64,000 bases of DNA from Macrostomum lignano (taxonomy: Eukaryota): NCBI GenBank assembly GCA_002269645.1, contig NIVC01001771.1, forward strand, positions 124,001-188,000, written 5' to 3'. Below the pieces are notes generated by a model that was not told the origin of the DNA, did no database searches, and saw only the letters and a list, made by a program, of their open reading frames with translations. This document shows, one piece after another, positions 1-18,895 of this stretch. The position numbers and the translations under genes are program-made. Each line of letters begins with the position of its first letter. The stretch's first letter is position 1.

Positions 1-240
1 CAGCAGTAGTCTATGGCCATGTTTTTCTTAACACCGCTCGTGCAGGCTTGTATGGGAAGCACTCTGTTAAAATGACAGCAGTAGTCTATGGCCATGCTTT
101 CTTAACACCGCTCGTGCAGGCTTGTATGGGAAGCACTCTGTTAAAATGACAGCAGTAGTCTATGGCCATGCTTTCTTAACACCGCTCGTGCAGGTTTGTA
201 TAGGGAGCACTCTGTTAAAATGACAGCAATAGTCTATGGC
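1..240. repeat. 74-75 bp tandem repeat, ~3.2 copies, probably inside the last calmodulin intron
   Basis: The unit cagcagtagtctatggccatg...ctctgttaaaatga restarts at 1, 76, 150 and 224. Confidence 0.95.
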
Positions 241-1011
241 CAGCCCCGCTTTAGACCGGCGTGAGGCGGTTTCATTACGAGTCTGCTCTCTTGTTAGGGA
301 AAGACAATCAAAACACTTTTTATATTTACCTACGCGTCTATAGTTAGTTGTAACGCGAAAGCACGCAATTTCGAGCCTACTGACACCTATAAAACTCGTT
401 TACGGTTGAAGCCGAAAAATTCAATGTACAGATGTCTTGCATTTCGCCTACACTGCTACGGCGGATTTTCATCTATAATCCGACTGAATATTTAATTTCA
501 GCCAAGCGTCGGATTACATATCATAAATAACCCCATATGGCCTTCAAAACACCAAAATGCCCCGGAATTGTTGTTTACATCACCTAGGCTCGGCTTTGAA
601 ACGAGATCCGGGTCCGAGCTAAGAATCTACGATAAGCTGACTAGCTAAAGCCACCGACAATGCTCCCGCTATTGCAAGTTAACAAAGCTTAACCGAATAG
701 TTAGTACTTATTATCAGCCTATGTGCATAAATACGTGTCTTTCGTGTCTAGAGGGACACTGGCGAGTGGGACACAACAGATCAGTGAATGTGCATTAAGA
801 ATTGAAATACTGTGCCGTATATAACCCATGCAACCTTGTTCAAAGCACCGACAAGGCAAAATTGATTTATATAGATTAATTCTAAAGCTATTTTGGAAGG
901 GTTTCAAAATATTAGTAAGTTATATACGCTATGCAATCTTATCTAGAAACAGCCTTAAATAACTATTAGTTCCCAGCAGCAGCAGGTGTGTGCGCGAGTG
1001 AGCAGAGGTCA

Positions 1012-2451
<1,440 letters not shown>

Positions 2452-3466
2452 TTTGTATGACAGCAAAGTTTAGTTTAGAGTTAAGGGTGATTCGAAAATA
2501 GAATGTGTTTTGAATTCACAAGAGAAATGCAATTGAAACGCACTGAACTTGATAGTTGATCTACCGTTGGAATTTAAAAGCCCGGGCTTTTTGGAAAACG
2601 ACTGTATAATTTTGTTGTCCAATCGTGGGCTAGTAACCAAGGTAACTACTGCCAAATCGCTATGCAACAGAGCTTGAAGAATAGAAAACAGTCTTCGCAG
2701 TGCTACGTTAATTTTTCCCACTAGCATTTTGTCTATCAACCTCGTTATTTACGAGCTCAGAATACTTCGCCGTAACTCCTAACTAAAAGACAATTAACTG
2801 CCTGGTTTTTTGAAGTGCCCTTTGAAAACAGACATCTAAAAGTATGACACCCTTATCCTTTTAAACTATAAAAGGTTAATGATTCCATGGGTTCCATTTT
2901 ATGCTGTTTATTCATTTTGTAAGCCGTGCAAAATCAATTTGAAGTTAAGAAAAAGGCAGGGACATGAAAAAGGCTTGAATTGCATTTGATCTGCCTAGCA
3001 TGAAAAGCTATCGCTATTTTGGGTTGCAGATTAATTTTTGTCTCAGATTAATTTTGAGCCAGCATAGAAAATATTTTCAAAAAACGAAGTTTCCTGGCTT
3101 TACTTAAGCAGTCCTTGGAAGAAACAGCAAATCAGCTATCGACCTTTTACTCGAGTCAGACTTACATGTACATGCTGTGTGTACGTACATTGTAAGTGTA
3201 CGAACGTATACGTACAGTTCCTAAATCTTTCATTACACATTTGTATGAAAGATGTTATGAGATAATTAATGCGCCTGAAGTTTTTATTCTATTAATCAGT
3301 ATATTACGTACATGTATTTAGTGACACGTGATATCGCTCAATGTAATGACATACAGGTGTGGTTAAACTTGACAAGGATAACATTTATCCTTGCTTGTAT
3401 GAGATGAAGACAATATACATGTACATGTACTATAACTTCAGGCGAGAAGAAACTCGAACACTGACC

Positions 3467-3810
3467 GGGGGCCGTAGCCCAGCTGCTCTGGTGTGCCAGC
3501 AAACCAGGCTCGATTCCAAGTGCAGTCACATTAATTTGGGGCTGAATTATAGAATCTCGGCTTGGCTCTGCTCGTGCAATTAAAGGCCTTGAGCCAACCC
3601 CCCAAGGCGCAGTGAAGTGTACATGCCTAACGATAATATAAAGTTAGGGCCGCTGTACACTCCTGTGTGAGTGTGTGCCTGCGTACGTATCCGCGCGCTT
3701 GTATGCCTGCTCAGGGAGTCGGCGGAATGGGCAGTAATGCCTCTCGCCGGTTGTGCCTATGTCGCTTAAAGTGCGCCAGAGTGCACACAACCCCCTGCCT
3801 CTAATAAAAA
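3467..3810 (+). mobile_element. tRNA-derived SINE, copy 1
   Basis: Head GGGGGCCGTAGCCCAGC (A-box-like) and GGCTCGATTCC (B-box-like), with an A-rich tail ctctaataaaaa. Near-identical reverse-complement copies lie at 32311-32652 and 33982-34352. Confidence 0.85.
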
Positions 3811-4497
3811 GACTGACTTAGGGGTATGTCAAGATCTTAGTCAAGGACCACTGCATATATTAGAGGCAGAGAATTGGTAGAGAACGATCTTCCTTCTGCA
3901 TGTCGTTTTAAGTTTCTATTTGAAGCATGACGTGTATACCTACGACGAGCGTAATTAAATGCATAGCTCTGATTGTAGTAAAAATTGTACGTTATTGTTA
4001 GATAATTAGCAACCTTATAAATTCATGTACCGTAACAGAAAAATTTCTGATCGAACAGTGCAAGTTCGAAGAAAATCAGTTGAGCCATTTTTTCTCTAAT
4101 CGATAATCACATAGACACAGACAGACCATTTTTAGTATATGGAAAGTTGGATAATGACTGGCTTTACTACGAGTATTATAAATAAAACGAGAAATTGTTG
4201 CGAATTTTGTGAAGAATTGCTGTTCGAGTTAAACGATAGTTTTATTTTAGTAAAGCTTTTATAACAGGCATAAATAACGAGTAAATAGTATTGAAAATAG
4301 AGAATGATTTCTTCGTTGTGCTGAATGTAATATTGGCAACCATTATTACGGAAGTTGCATCACGTCCAGAATATTAACCAGAGATTAAGTCAAGGATACA
4401 CTAAGTCACAATGTAGCTTGTTCAAATTACAGTCAGTGAGTTAACCTGAAAAATAGAGCTGCCTGGTTGGGGCACAAAACGCGCACAAAAAGACTAG

Positions 4498-4740
4498 AAC
4501 AGGGCTCGGACAAGTCCGATCTGAGGGCCACATGCGGCCCACGAAGCCTCTCCATCCGGCCTCGGGAAACTTCCCAATAGCAATACCATCCGCTCCAGTT
4601 TTGTCTCTTCTCGGCTCTATTCTCTCCCCTCTGCTCTCTTATCTCATCCCATCTCTTGCATCCTCTTCTCTCTTCTCTCATTTTTTATTTCATATCCTCT
4701 CCACTTACATCTAGCCCGTAGCCTGTATCTGGCTCTTAAG
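4498..4740 (+). mobile_element. Degenerate hAT/Charlie-like MITE remnant related to 5159-5457
   Basis: Starts cagggctcggacaa and shares gcggccc..gaagcctctc.atccggc and caatagcaat plus a CT-rich body with 5159-5457. No clear right TIR. Confidence 0.4.
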
Positions 4741-5158
4741 GTAAAAAGTTTGCCTAGAACCTCACTAGAATGAGAGAAGTATAATATGTAAGTCACACAA
4801 AATGCTGCCAAAATGCTACAAAGAAGACACATATACAACCCAATGGAACGATCGTACAAATTTCGAAAATAAAATGTAATTAAAAGCAATAAAACGCGCT
4901 GTTCTGAAAAGCACTTTGAAAACCAAGCAGAGAGTGAGTGAATGACTGAACAGACGCTAAATACACATTTCAATACGGAAGCAAGCAAAGTATGAATAAG
5001 TTTTGAAAGAAAAAATAATGTTACTTTTTAACGGAATATATGTAGAAAAAAGAACATAAATATTAGCATATTGAATTAACATAAATATAAAAACAACAAT
5101 TACCAACGGATGACTTAATTTTGGATAAGAAAATAAACTATTTAGCATCATGTTAAAC

Positions 5159-5457
5159 CAGGGGTCGGCAAACTCCAGCCACACGCGGGCCGCGAAGCCT
5201 CTCTATCCGGCTATCGGGTCCTTTGAAACTTTACAATAGCAATCCGGCCTGCTCGAGGCTTGCGTCTCTTGTCAGCTCTCTCCCATTCTCTTTTCTCTTA
5301 TCTCTCGTTTCGGCTTTCATCGCCCTCCTTTTTTCTCTTCTTATCTTCTCTCTCACCTCTCTCCTCTTCCCTCTCCTTCCCCTTCGCATCAGGCCGGCTG
5401 ATCCATGATCTAGATTCTTTATCTTGCCCCTGAGGTAGAAACGCTTGCCGACCCATG
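5159..5457. mobile_element. Non-autonomous hAT (Charlie-like) MITE
   Basis: TIRs CAGGGGTCGGCAA / TTGCCGACCCATG. The 8-bp flanks tgttaaac / tgctagag match at 5 of 8 positions. Confidence 0.55.
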
Positions 5458-5872
5458 TGCTAGAGTATGTTAGAACAAATTTTAAAATACACAAATGTGC
5501 AAAGCAACACAACACAATTAATTAACGATACAAGTAATGTGCCAATTAGAAATGAGAAAAATAACAAAAACAGACGCGCAATATCAGTCGCAAATGGATA
5601 TGCAATTGGTATGCTTTTATGGCAAACGAAGCAAAAGATGCGGATCTCTATCCACGGTGAGAACAACACGATTGATACCGTCTTTGAATGATTTTGAGCG
5701 CATTCTCAGCGGATTAATTTAAGTTTAAATGTTACTAGGCACAATTGCATTGTTAAATCTCTCCTCTTCAGAGCAATTATTCTACTTTGAAGATGCTTGG
5801 AACTCCTAGAATTGCCGATTCGCACACCAATGCCACCAATATAGCAGATTGCAAATTGTTATGGCCATTCAT

Positions 5873-10804
<4,932 letters not shown>

Positions 10805-11800
10805 CTTGGCCCGTTCTAATATCGACTTTTCAAAGAAAAAATAATATAGTCACACTACAATCAGCGAGATAGCATTGGCGCTCAAATCAAAGTACCAGTA
10901 CAGTTACAGTACAGGTACATCAGCTGTGTGTCGAATGTCATGTTGATTTGGTGTTCGTCGCCTTACTAAGGGCCAGTCAATCCGGCGACAGACGATCCGA
11001 CGTCAGTCAAAACAGCGACAGTCAATCTGGCGACAATTTGTAGTAAAAAGCTATTACATATAAAACAGTTATTATTATTTAAACAGATTAAAGAGAGTTT
11101 TGATTATTATAATTATTATAATTGCAATTATTGTTATTAATATTTTTTTATTAGAATGTATGCAAAATTAGTTCCGAGTTCAATTGGAATTTAGCGGGTT
11201 CAAAATGCGCGCCTATCTATCAACTATCAATTCAGATTGTTTTCTGAAAATGATGATACATGTACATGTATTCGTTTAAAAATGGGAAGCCGCATTAAAT
11301 CGATGCGTTCTTTTTATATTTTCACTAAAGGCCGCACACTATATATGGTTCGTTCAGTCGTTGACAAGAAGATTTTTTCAATTAATAAGCGGGGGCTTGA
11401 CGACATGCACCAGCCATAGTTGTTTGACAAGACAAATAGCTTTCACTCATACTATCCGCTTTCCTGATTTCTTGCAAGACGCAAACGAAATCAGCACTCA
11501 TCACAGTGTTGTCTATGGTCAAACTAAGACACACATCTCAGTCGTCTATGGGTAAAATAACTCTCAAACAGCCAATTAAAGCGTGATAAAAAAGTGTGGA
11601 ATAATTACCGCTTCCGGCACGCTGAAATAATGGTCGACAGACTGCGCTATGCTGAAATAATGGCCTCTATGTGTCTTATATTATAAGTAGTGCTACACGC
11701 GCACTCGTGTTTGGCCATTATTTCAGTCCTTACCTACTACGCAATCTACCAGTGTCATGTGGGTGGCTTGGGAACACAGGAGACCATATTTATTTATTTA

Positions 11801-11946
11801 GTTTTGATTCATGGCAATTTATTTTTGCCAAAATGAGAAAAAGTAATTTTTGATTAATGGAAATGGAGATCAATGGTTACTGTTGGGCCAAAATAAAAAC
11901 CACTAGGTGTCATTTTAAAGCCCCCCAGCGGGGGGCTAAATGGCTA
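11801..11946 (+). mobile_element. Helitron-like 3' end fragment (second copy at 14644-14790)
   Basis: ~146-bp direct repeat of 14644-14790, including the hairpin AGCCCCCC-AGC-GGGGGGCT followed by aaatggCTA. Confidence 0.55.
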
Positions 11947-11974
11947 TATAGTCACAATATACTAAATCTCTAAG

Positions 11975-12022
<48 letters not shown>

Positions 12023-14790
12023 GACCGGTATTCCAGTCTACAGCCTGAATGCCCAAACCGATTTTTTTCAAACTTGCTTTATTCAATTGTAAATTCTTGT
12101 GAGATTTTGTGGATCTAATTGCATTGAAAAATTCGAATGGGAAGATGATTAAATATTCGAAAAACGAGTTTTCCCAATTCTTTCAATGGGAGGCTAGAAA
12201 AGGTCAAAATCTTGACTAACTGAATAGCAATTCCAATTAAGATTGCGCCACAACTTTTCTCTCTTCATTGTGTAGTAGGCCTCTCAGTACTGGATGCAGC
12301 AAGGGAGAGGAAAATAATGCTCAGTGGCTGCGTGTGTACATTCTGCTCTGGCTGACTGCATAGACAATTGCTATTTATAGATTTCACTCAATTGTGCATT
12401 GGCTCTGCCTGCACACAACCTGTGCACACTGAGCAGCCTATCACTGCTATGTATTTGACTGCAGTGCCGAAGCATATATGGCTGATTTTTGCGCCCTCCG
12501 ATCAGTTGGCGGAATAGCCGCAGTGTAGGCACTAGGACTAGGTTTAGGCTAGGCGTAAGGTCCAAGGTTCGATTCTGGCTCCTCGGCGGATGATTAAAAT
12601 TAAATTAAATTATTCATTTATATATAGCTTCAGGCTCAACTAATAGGAATATTTTTGTTGAATTTGCTAGGCACACACTTAACGAAACATTTTAGCTAAT
12701 TTACTAAGCAAATTTGATTTGTAAAAAACTGCTTCGCGTATTACTCATCGCATCAATGGTTATTGCCTAGCTCCATGAAAGTATCAAATTGCTAAGCTGC
12801 TAAATTTATTGTTAAAATGAAGGCTGAATTGTGAAAAAACTGCCGATATGTATCGAAAATTGATTAGTGAACCGTAATAAATGCTGAGAAAGGATCCTTT
12901 ATTTCAGTTTGCTGAGGATACTGAGGAGCCGGCCGAGAGGAGAACTGCAGACTGCTGAGGGGAACTGCAGATTGGCGAAATGGTCATTTCATGCAGACTG
13001 CAAAGGGGACAAACTGAAAACTGCTGAAAGGGGACAAACTGAAAACTGCTGAAAGGGGACAAACTGAAAACTGCTGAGGTAGTTCCTCCAGACTTATAAG
13101 CGCATAGCTGATAACTGCTGAGGGGGCTGCTTGGAGGATTGGTAGAATTCTGAGCAAGACAACTCTCAGAGAAGATAGGATAGCAAGACATCAGTTTCAA
13201 AACTGTGCAGTTTAAGTGATTAAGTGCAGGTTGTTTAGGGAATTACTGTGGACTGCTGAGTGAATTATTGTGGTTTGCTGACGGGACAGTTCTAGGCTGC
13301 TGAGGGGATAAATGCTTAATGTTAATGAAAGTTATAGACTGCAAGGGGATAACTCCAGGCTGCTAAGATAATGACTGCAGTCTGTTTTGTGGGATTAGAA
13401 GGGATAATTTCAGGTTGTTGTGGGCATATCTCAGGAATTGCTGAGATGTCATGGCTTTTTGGGGCAATTTCTGAGAGTTCAAGGCCCATGGGGAATTGCT
13501 GATATGCCATGGCTTACTGGAAAAATTGCTTGAATTGAGGTTTCAAAGGCTTATGAGGTGAAAGTGCTGAGATTGCTTTCTTTTGGGGGATGCTTGCTAT
13601 TTAGGAATGAAAGTATTGCTTAATGCTGATTTGTGCAAACACTGCCGATATGTATCGAAAATTGATTAGTGAACCGTAATAAATTTTTAGCAAATTTTTA
13701 TTGTTGAAAATACCATTGCAGTTTGCTAAGCATGGGAGACTGAGGAGCCGGCCGACAGAAGAACTGCAGATTGTCAAAAGGATCATTGCAGACTGCAAAG
13801 GGGACAAACTGCAAACTGCTAAGGTAGTTCCTCCAGACATATAGATCATATCGTCTGGAGGATCATATCATAGATGTAAAAATGTGAGATTTGCAGACGG
13901 AGTTCCTCCAGACCATATTCAGAAGCAATGATATGATCTTTGCTCCAGACTTATGAGCGTATAGCTGCAAACTGCTGAGGTGGTAACTGTGGACAGCTGA
14001 GTAAATTATTGTTTGCTGTGGGGACAATTCTAGGCCGCTAGAGTATGACTGCAATCTGTTTTTTGGAATTGGAAGGGATAATTTCAGGTTGTTGTGGAGA
14101 CATCTCAGGAATTGCTGAGATATCATATGGCTTTTTTGGGGTAATTTCTGAGATGTCAAGGCTTACTGGGGGATTGCTCAGATGTCAGGGCGTACTGGGA
14201 AAATTCTTGAGATGTCAAGGCTTCTTAGAGGAATTGCTGAGATGTCAAGGCCTACTGGGGGAATTTCTGAGATGTCAAGGCTCATGGGGGATGGCTGAAT
14301 TGTTGGGGAAGGGGGTTAGGTTGTTAAGCGATTGTCAGATCGTCAAGTAGTACGGCTCAAGTAGCTCATTTAATTCAGATAATGAAATAGTACACACAAG
14401 TGATGCTGAATTCTGCTGATAGGAAATACCAGCGTATTTACTAAAGGTTTGATTATTTGAGTTAGGCTAATAAAGAGGGGTCAAAGGCCGTCAGGGATTG
14501 GTATATTGAGCTCCTGCTGCGGACCAGAATATGCCCAGGCCAATGACGATATGCTCTAAGAGTTTGTACTTGAAAGGATAAGCACTATTTGCTGATTGAA
14601 AAGGGTTTTGGGCTGATGAAGGAAACTTTTTTTGCTGGTGAAAGTTTTGATTCATGGCAATTTATTTTCTTCAAAATGAGAAAAAGTAATTTTTGATTTA
14701 TGGAAATGGAAATGAATGGTTACTGTTGAGCCAAAATGAAAACCACTTGGTGTCATTTTAAAGCCCCCCAGCGGGGGGCTAAATGGCTAG
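11947..14790 (+). mobile_element. Probable non-autonomous Helitron, ~2.8 kb
   Basis: The 5' part has an AT-rich leader, (TCTG)n at ~11977-12022 and an AACCGATTT motif, as in non-autonomous Helitron/DINE-type heads. The 3' end has an 8-bp GC hairpin 10 nt from a terminal CTAG, followed by T. The exact 5' TC was not identified. Confidence 0.5.
12830..14290. repeat. Diverged ~800-bp tandem duplication with nested 24-bp and 30-bp repeats
   Basis: ctgccgatatgtatcgaaaattgattagtgaaccgtaataaat occurs at ~12840 and ~13641, and several further colinear blocks recur ~700-820 bp apart. Confidence 0.85.
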
Positions 14791-15280
14791 TTAATATCTA
14801 TTTGTATATACGGCGTTTGCTAGCCTGTTCATGTGAGCATCACTGAGAGGAGACTCTCGAGTAAGATACAAGGACTACTAGACGAAGTGTTCCTAGTGGT
14901 CCTTGGTAAGATAGCGATGGATCTAAAAAGGAAATAATAAACACGGAGCCTGTTGTCGAGAGCTCGCGGAGGGGCACACAAGGTGCCTAGATTTATTTCG
15001 AATAGCTACTCCGAACTGAACAGACTTACATGTATACAACACACTGTGCATGCAATGCATTGAGTCGAAAAAAACTGACAGGATTTTGTGCATGTGCTGC
15101 AGAGCTGCAGACCGTTGCTAAAATTCTTATCCCCTACATGTAGATCATAGGTGATGTATGTAATCGCATCGCATACTTGAGGTTGAAAGCACTAAGCACT
15201 ATACGTAATTGACAGCGCAAATGGCTTGTACATGTAGAATTACACCCAGATGTAAATGTACATGACATGTTGTCCAGGCA

Positions 15281-15554
15281 CAGGGGCGTCGTAAACCCCT
15301 TCCCCCCTAGTAAAAGCCAATGGGGGACGAAACCATGCCAATGCTTTTCGTCCCACTCCAACTTGTGGCCCCGCGTTGTGGAAATAATCAATAATTCTGC
15401 TTCAGGGCGTCAAAATAAGTGCCTACCTGCGGCGCTGAAATCAGCGCTAACAACACCTCTCGATTCTCAAAATAACATGTAGGAATTTAGTCATATGCAC
15501 GTAAAATACTTGGCTTTGTGCCCCTCACAAATAAAATCCATAACGACGTCCCTG
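15281..15554. mobile_element. hAT-like MITE, 274 bp
   Basis: TIRs CAGGGGCGTCGTA / TAACGACGTCCCTG. The 8-bp TSD-like flanks tccaggca / cccagaca match at 6 of 8 positions. Confidence 0.65.
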
Positions 15555-16502
15555 CCCAGACAAAAACTTTTTAGTTACAAATTAAACAGACTGAGCCATT
15601 GTCCAACTGCGTCAATATGGGCTTGATGAAGGCCGCGCGGAGGAGTATAATATAGTCGCTAGCGGTCCCCGGCTTCAGCTGTGATGGCTAATTATATGCT
15701 ACGCGAAACAATATAATGTCTGCGTCGCTTAAATGCGGATCTGTCAAAATTAAAATAGCTGCAGCAATATTAGAAGAAATCCGGAGTCTTTCCAAACGGA
15801 TATGAGAAGTGCAGGGCATTTCTGGCGCAAATCCTCTCGGCTCTCCTTCACAGAACTTGCAGCATTTTTAGGTACTATGAGCTGGTATTTTCTAACTTGT
15901 GTCAATATAATGTTTTTTTCCTGTGTCAATGTAATAATAGGAAAATTGTTTACTGAAGTGCACCCCCGATCTCTATATGTGAATCTTTATGAACAGCTCT
16001 TTATTGTGCAGTTGTGCGGGCTTCACTTAGACTATAGAGGGAATATACTATATACCAGTACTTGCTATTGTTAAGCTCAAAAATAGATCCTTCGGTCACT
16101 CACTAGTCCACCTTAAAATTGTGTTGTGCATGAAAAACAAAAGACATACACAGCTTGGCCCTGCCTAAATTGAAGCCTTTCCCAATTCTGCTAAACCATT
16201 CTGATTCACGATTTGTGTCTCACACTGCTGCCTGTCTTCTTATATTATAAACACGCAGGGTACGAGAGGCGAGAGTCAGCGGAGCTCAGGGGCCGCGCGG
16301 AGAAGTTGCAGCTGACAAGAAGCCGCCTCGTGCCTACAGCTATTTAGTTAGTGTATAACCCCCAGCCACCCACCCCAACACGCAGGGCTAAACAATAACA
16401 GCGCAATAAGACTATATATACCTCTGACAAGCAGCCGCAAAACGGTCCTTTTAAAAAAACTCGCCTTTTCAAAGATTTTAAACACAAATTTTGTTACTAC
16501 TA

Positions 16503-16682
16503 ATGAAGTCTGTCCGATTCAGCAAGGAGGTGACGGTCTGGTACTTCTACAACGAGACCGCCTGTCAGAGGCGCCGGCGGTTGTCTTCAACTTCTCTGTC
16601 GCAGACGTTCGACCGGCTCTGGGCTGACATCGCCAAGTACCTGCGATCGAGTGACACTCCAGCCATTGCTGCAGTTCGGTGA
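16503..16682 (+). CDS. Small ORF, 59 aa, putative PP1-binding (RVxF) micropeptide
   Basis: MKSVRFSKEVTVWYFYNETACQRRRRLSSTSLSQTFDRLWADIAKYLRSSDTPAIAAVR. 22 of the first 25 codons after the ATG end in G/C despite AT-rich flanks. A TATATATA lies at 16413-16420. Confidence 0.55.
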   Translation: MKSVRFSKEVTVWYFYNETACQRRRRLSSTSLSQTFDRLWADIAKYLRSSDTPAIAAVR

Positions 16683-17264
16683 CTGCATCGAACAGAATCT
16701 GTCAATCAGTCAGCATCAAGCTGGTGGCAATAACTGTACATATCATAATTTCCTTTGTAAATATAAAATAATTGATTTAATTTTTGCACCTGTAAATTAT
16801 TCTTGCCAATCCATAACTGTATACAGTACATTGTATGTAAATTGTATAGCGGTCTAAATACACATTATTCTGCTCAAACATTGCACATCAATGCGATGCT
16901 AATGGGCTCAGTGATGATGCAATTATGTAATTAGCGGTAATACGATTGATTTGTTCAATCTGTATAAATTCTATTTTTACTGCCTTTGTTTTAACTTTCT
17001 TTTTAGAAAATGAAGAAACAAATCTGTAATTATTCTAGAATATAAACGAGAGGACAATTTCTTAGAAACATTTTGAAGGCCTATCAAAAATACCAAGCAC
17101 AACTGAAGTAGAAGGCAAGAACTACTGAAAAACTCAGGACGCATAACTGTTATGCTAAATATTTACAAACTTTTTATCATAGAGAATGCTTTCTGGGCGG
17201 GCCTTGAAAAAAATCCTACCAAGTTGAAGTTCCGCCTCCCGAGTTTACTTAGTAGTCCTTGGTA

Positions 17265-17785
17265 GAAGGACGCTACACTTGACTTTCTTAGAAATTAACT
17301 GGAGGCCGATAAGAAAAGCAAGAAAAAATCATTTTGATGCTATTTATTTTCTATATTCAGCTAATGCTCGTTCTTTAGAGCATGCATGTACTAAGCGCAC
17401 TAGAGATATGACAGATATACGTTCCTTACCGACCTCCAGCTAATTTCTAAGAAAATCGACCTAGCTACTGCTCATTTCTAGAAAAAATCGACCTATCTCC
17501 AGCTCATTTCTAGAAAAAATCGACCTAGCTCCAACTCGTTTCTAAGAATATCGACCTATCTCCAGCTCATTTCTAAGAAAATCGACATAGATTCAGCCCA
17601 TTTCTAAGAAAATCGATCTAGCTCCAGCTCATTTCTAAGAAAATCGACCTAGCTCCAGCTCATTTCTTAGAAAATCGACCTAGCTCCAGCTCATTTCTAA
17701 GAAAATCGACCTAGCTCCAGCTCATTTCTAAGAAAATCGACCTAGCTCCAGCTCGTTTCTAAGAAAATCGAGTGCAGCGTCCTTA
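17265..17785. mobile_element. TA-flanked MITE with ~40-bp TIRs containing a 31-bp minisatellite (17430-17770)
   Basis: The left end GAAGGACGCTACACTTGACTTTCTTAGAAA.. matches the reverse complement of the right end at 33 of 40 positions. TA lies at 17263-64 and 17786-87. The internal unit is cgacctagctccagctcatttctaagaaaat. Confidence 0.7.
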
Positions 17786-18544
17786 TACTTCAGTTGTCCG
17801 TGAATAATACATCACTACTCGTATTATGTAAACCAAATATGTACATGTCCTAGCTGACATACATGTAACAGTGTGTTGAACCGTCAAACACGATAACTTC
17901 ATGTTAAGAAACGGAAATTTCTTATTTTGGCAACATATTAACGCAAATATTTGCTGCACAATTTTCCAAGAAACAAAATTTTCCGTTCTTTAATCTTAAT
18001 TAGTGTGATATTTTGAATGACGTTCAGAAAAAAACAATTAAAACCCTTTATTTCTACTCTCAGTAGACTACAAATGCTAACCATGAAATTTTCAAGCGGA
18101 AAAGAAACAAATCAAAAACACAGCCGTGTGAGTTTTGCTGATGCTGCTCAAAATTATTGTCACCGCGTATTAGTTTTCACTGCAGTTTTACACTCGTATT
18201 AGCATTGAACTTTATTTTATTTTTTAAACTTATATTTTTGTTCGTTTGACACGCGGGCAGGCCGGCGGATGTTTTTTTGAACGACACTTGAAATATTCAA
18301 TCAGATTTAAGCCTGTCTGTCTCAGCTTTTCATAAACTATTCAATTAGGAGCGCATCGTGCTGGGTTGCGTGCGGCCGCAGACCTTCGTTCCTTGGGGAC
18401 CGCCATCGACTGACCGGAATTTTCCTGGAATTCAGTTAGAAAACTGCAGTATGAGTGTTTGAGACCGCTAAATGAGGTCTTTTTCGACTCTATGAATAAA
18501 TGAGTTTATGAATTATTCATTGAGTGAGTGAATTCACAAGCGAG

Positions 18545-18872
18545 TTAATGAGTGAGTTCATGAGCAAGATCACTAGTGAGATCAAGAGTGAGATCAAGAG
18601 TGAGATCAAAAGTGAGATCAAGAGTGAGATCAAGAGTGAGATCAAGAGTGAGATCAAGAGTGAGATCAAGAGTGAGATCATAAGTGAGATCAAGAGTGAG
18701 ATCAAGAGTGAGATCAAGAGTGAGATCATAAGTGAGATCAAGAGTGAGATCAAGAGTGAGATCAAGAGTGAGATCAAGAGTGAGATCAAGAGTGAGATCA
18801 AGAGTGAGATCAAGAGTGAGATCAAGAGTGAGATCACTAGTGAGATCAAGAGTGAGATCAAGAGTGAGATCA
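18545..18872. repeat. 12-bp minisatellite (gagtgagatcaa)n in intron 18425-18886
   Basis: ~26 copies by direct inspection; the SEIK/LISL ORFs are artefacts. Confidence 0.97.
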
Positions 18873-18895
18873 GAAACACAGCTCACCTCGGCAGC

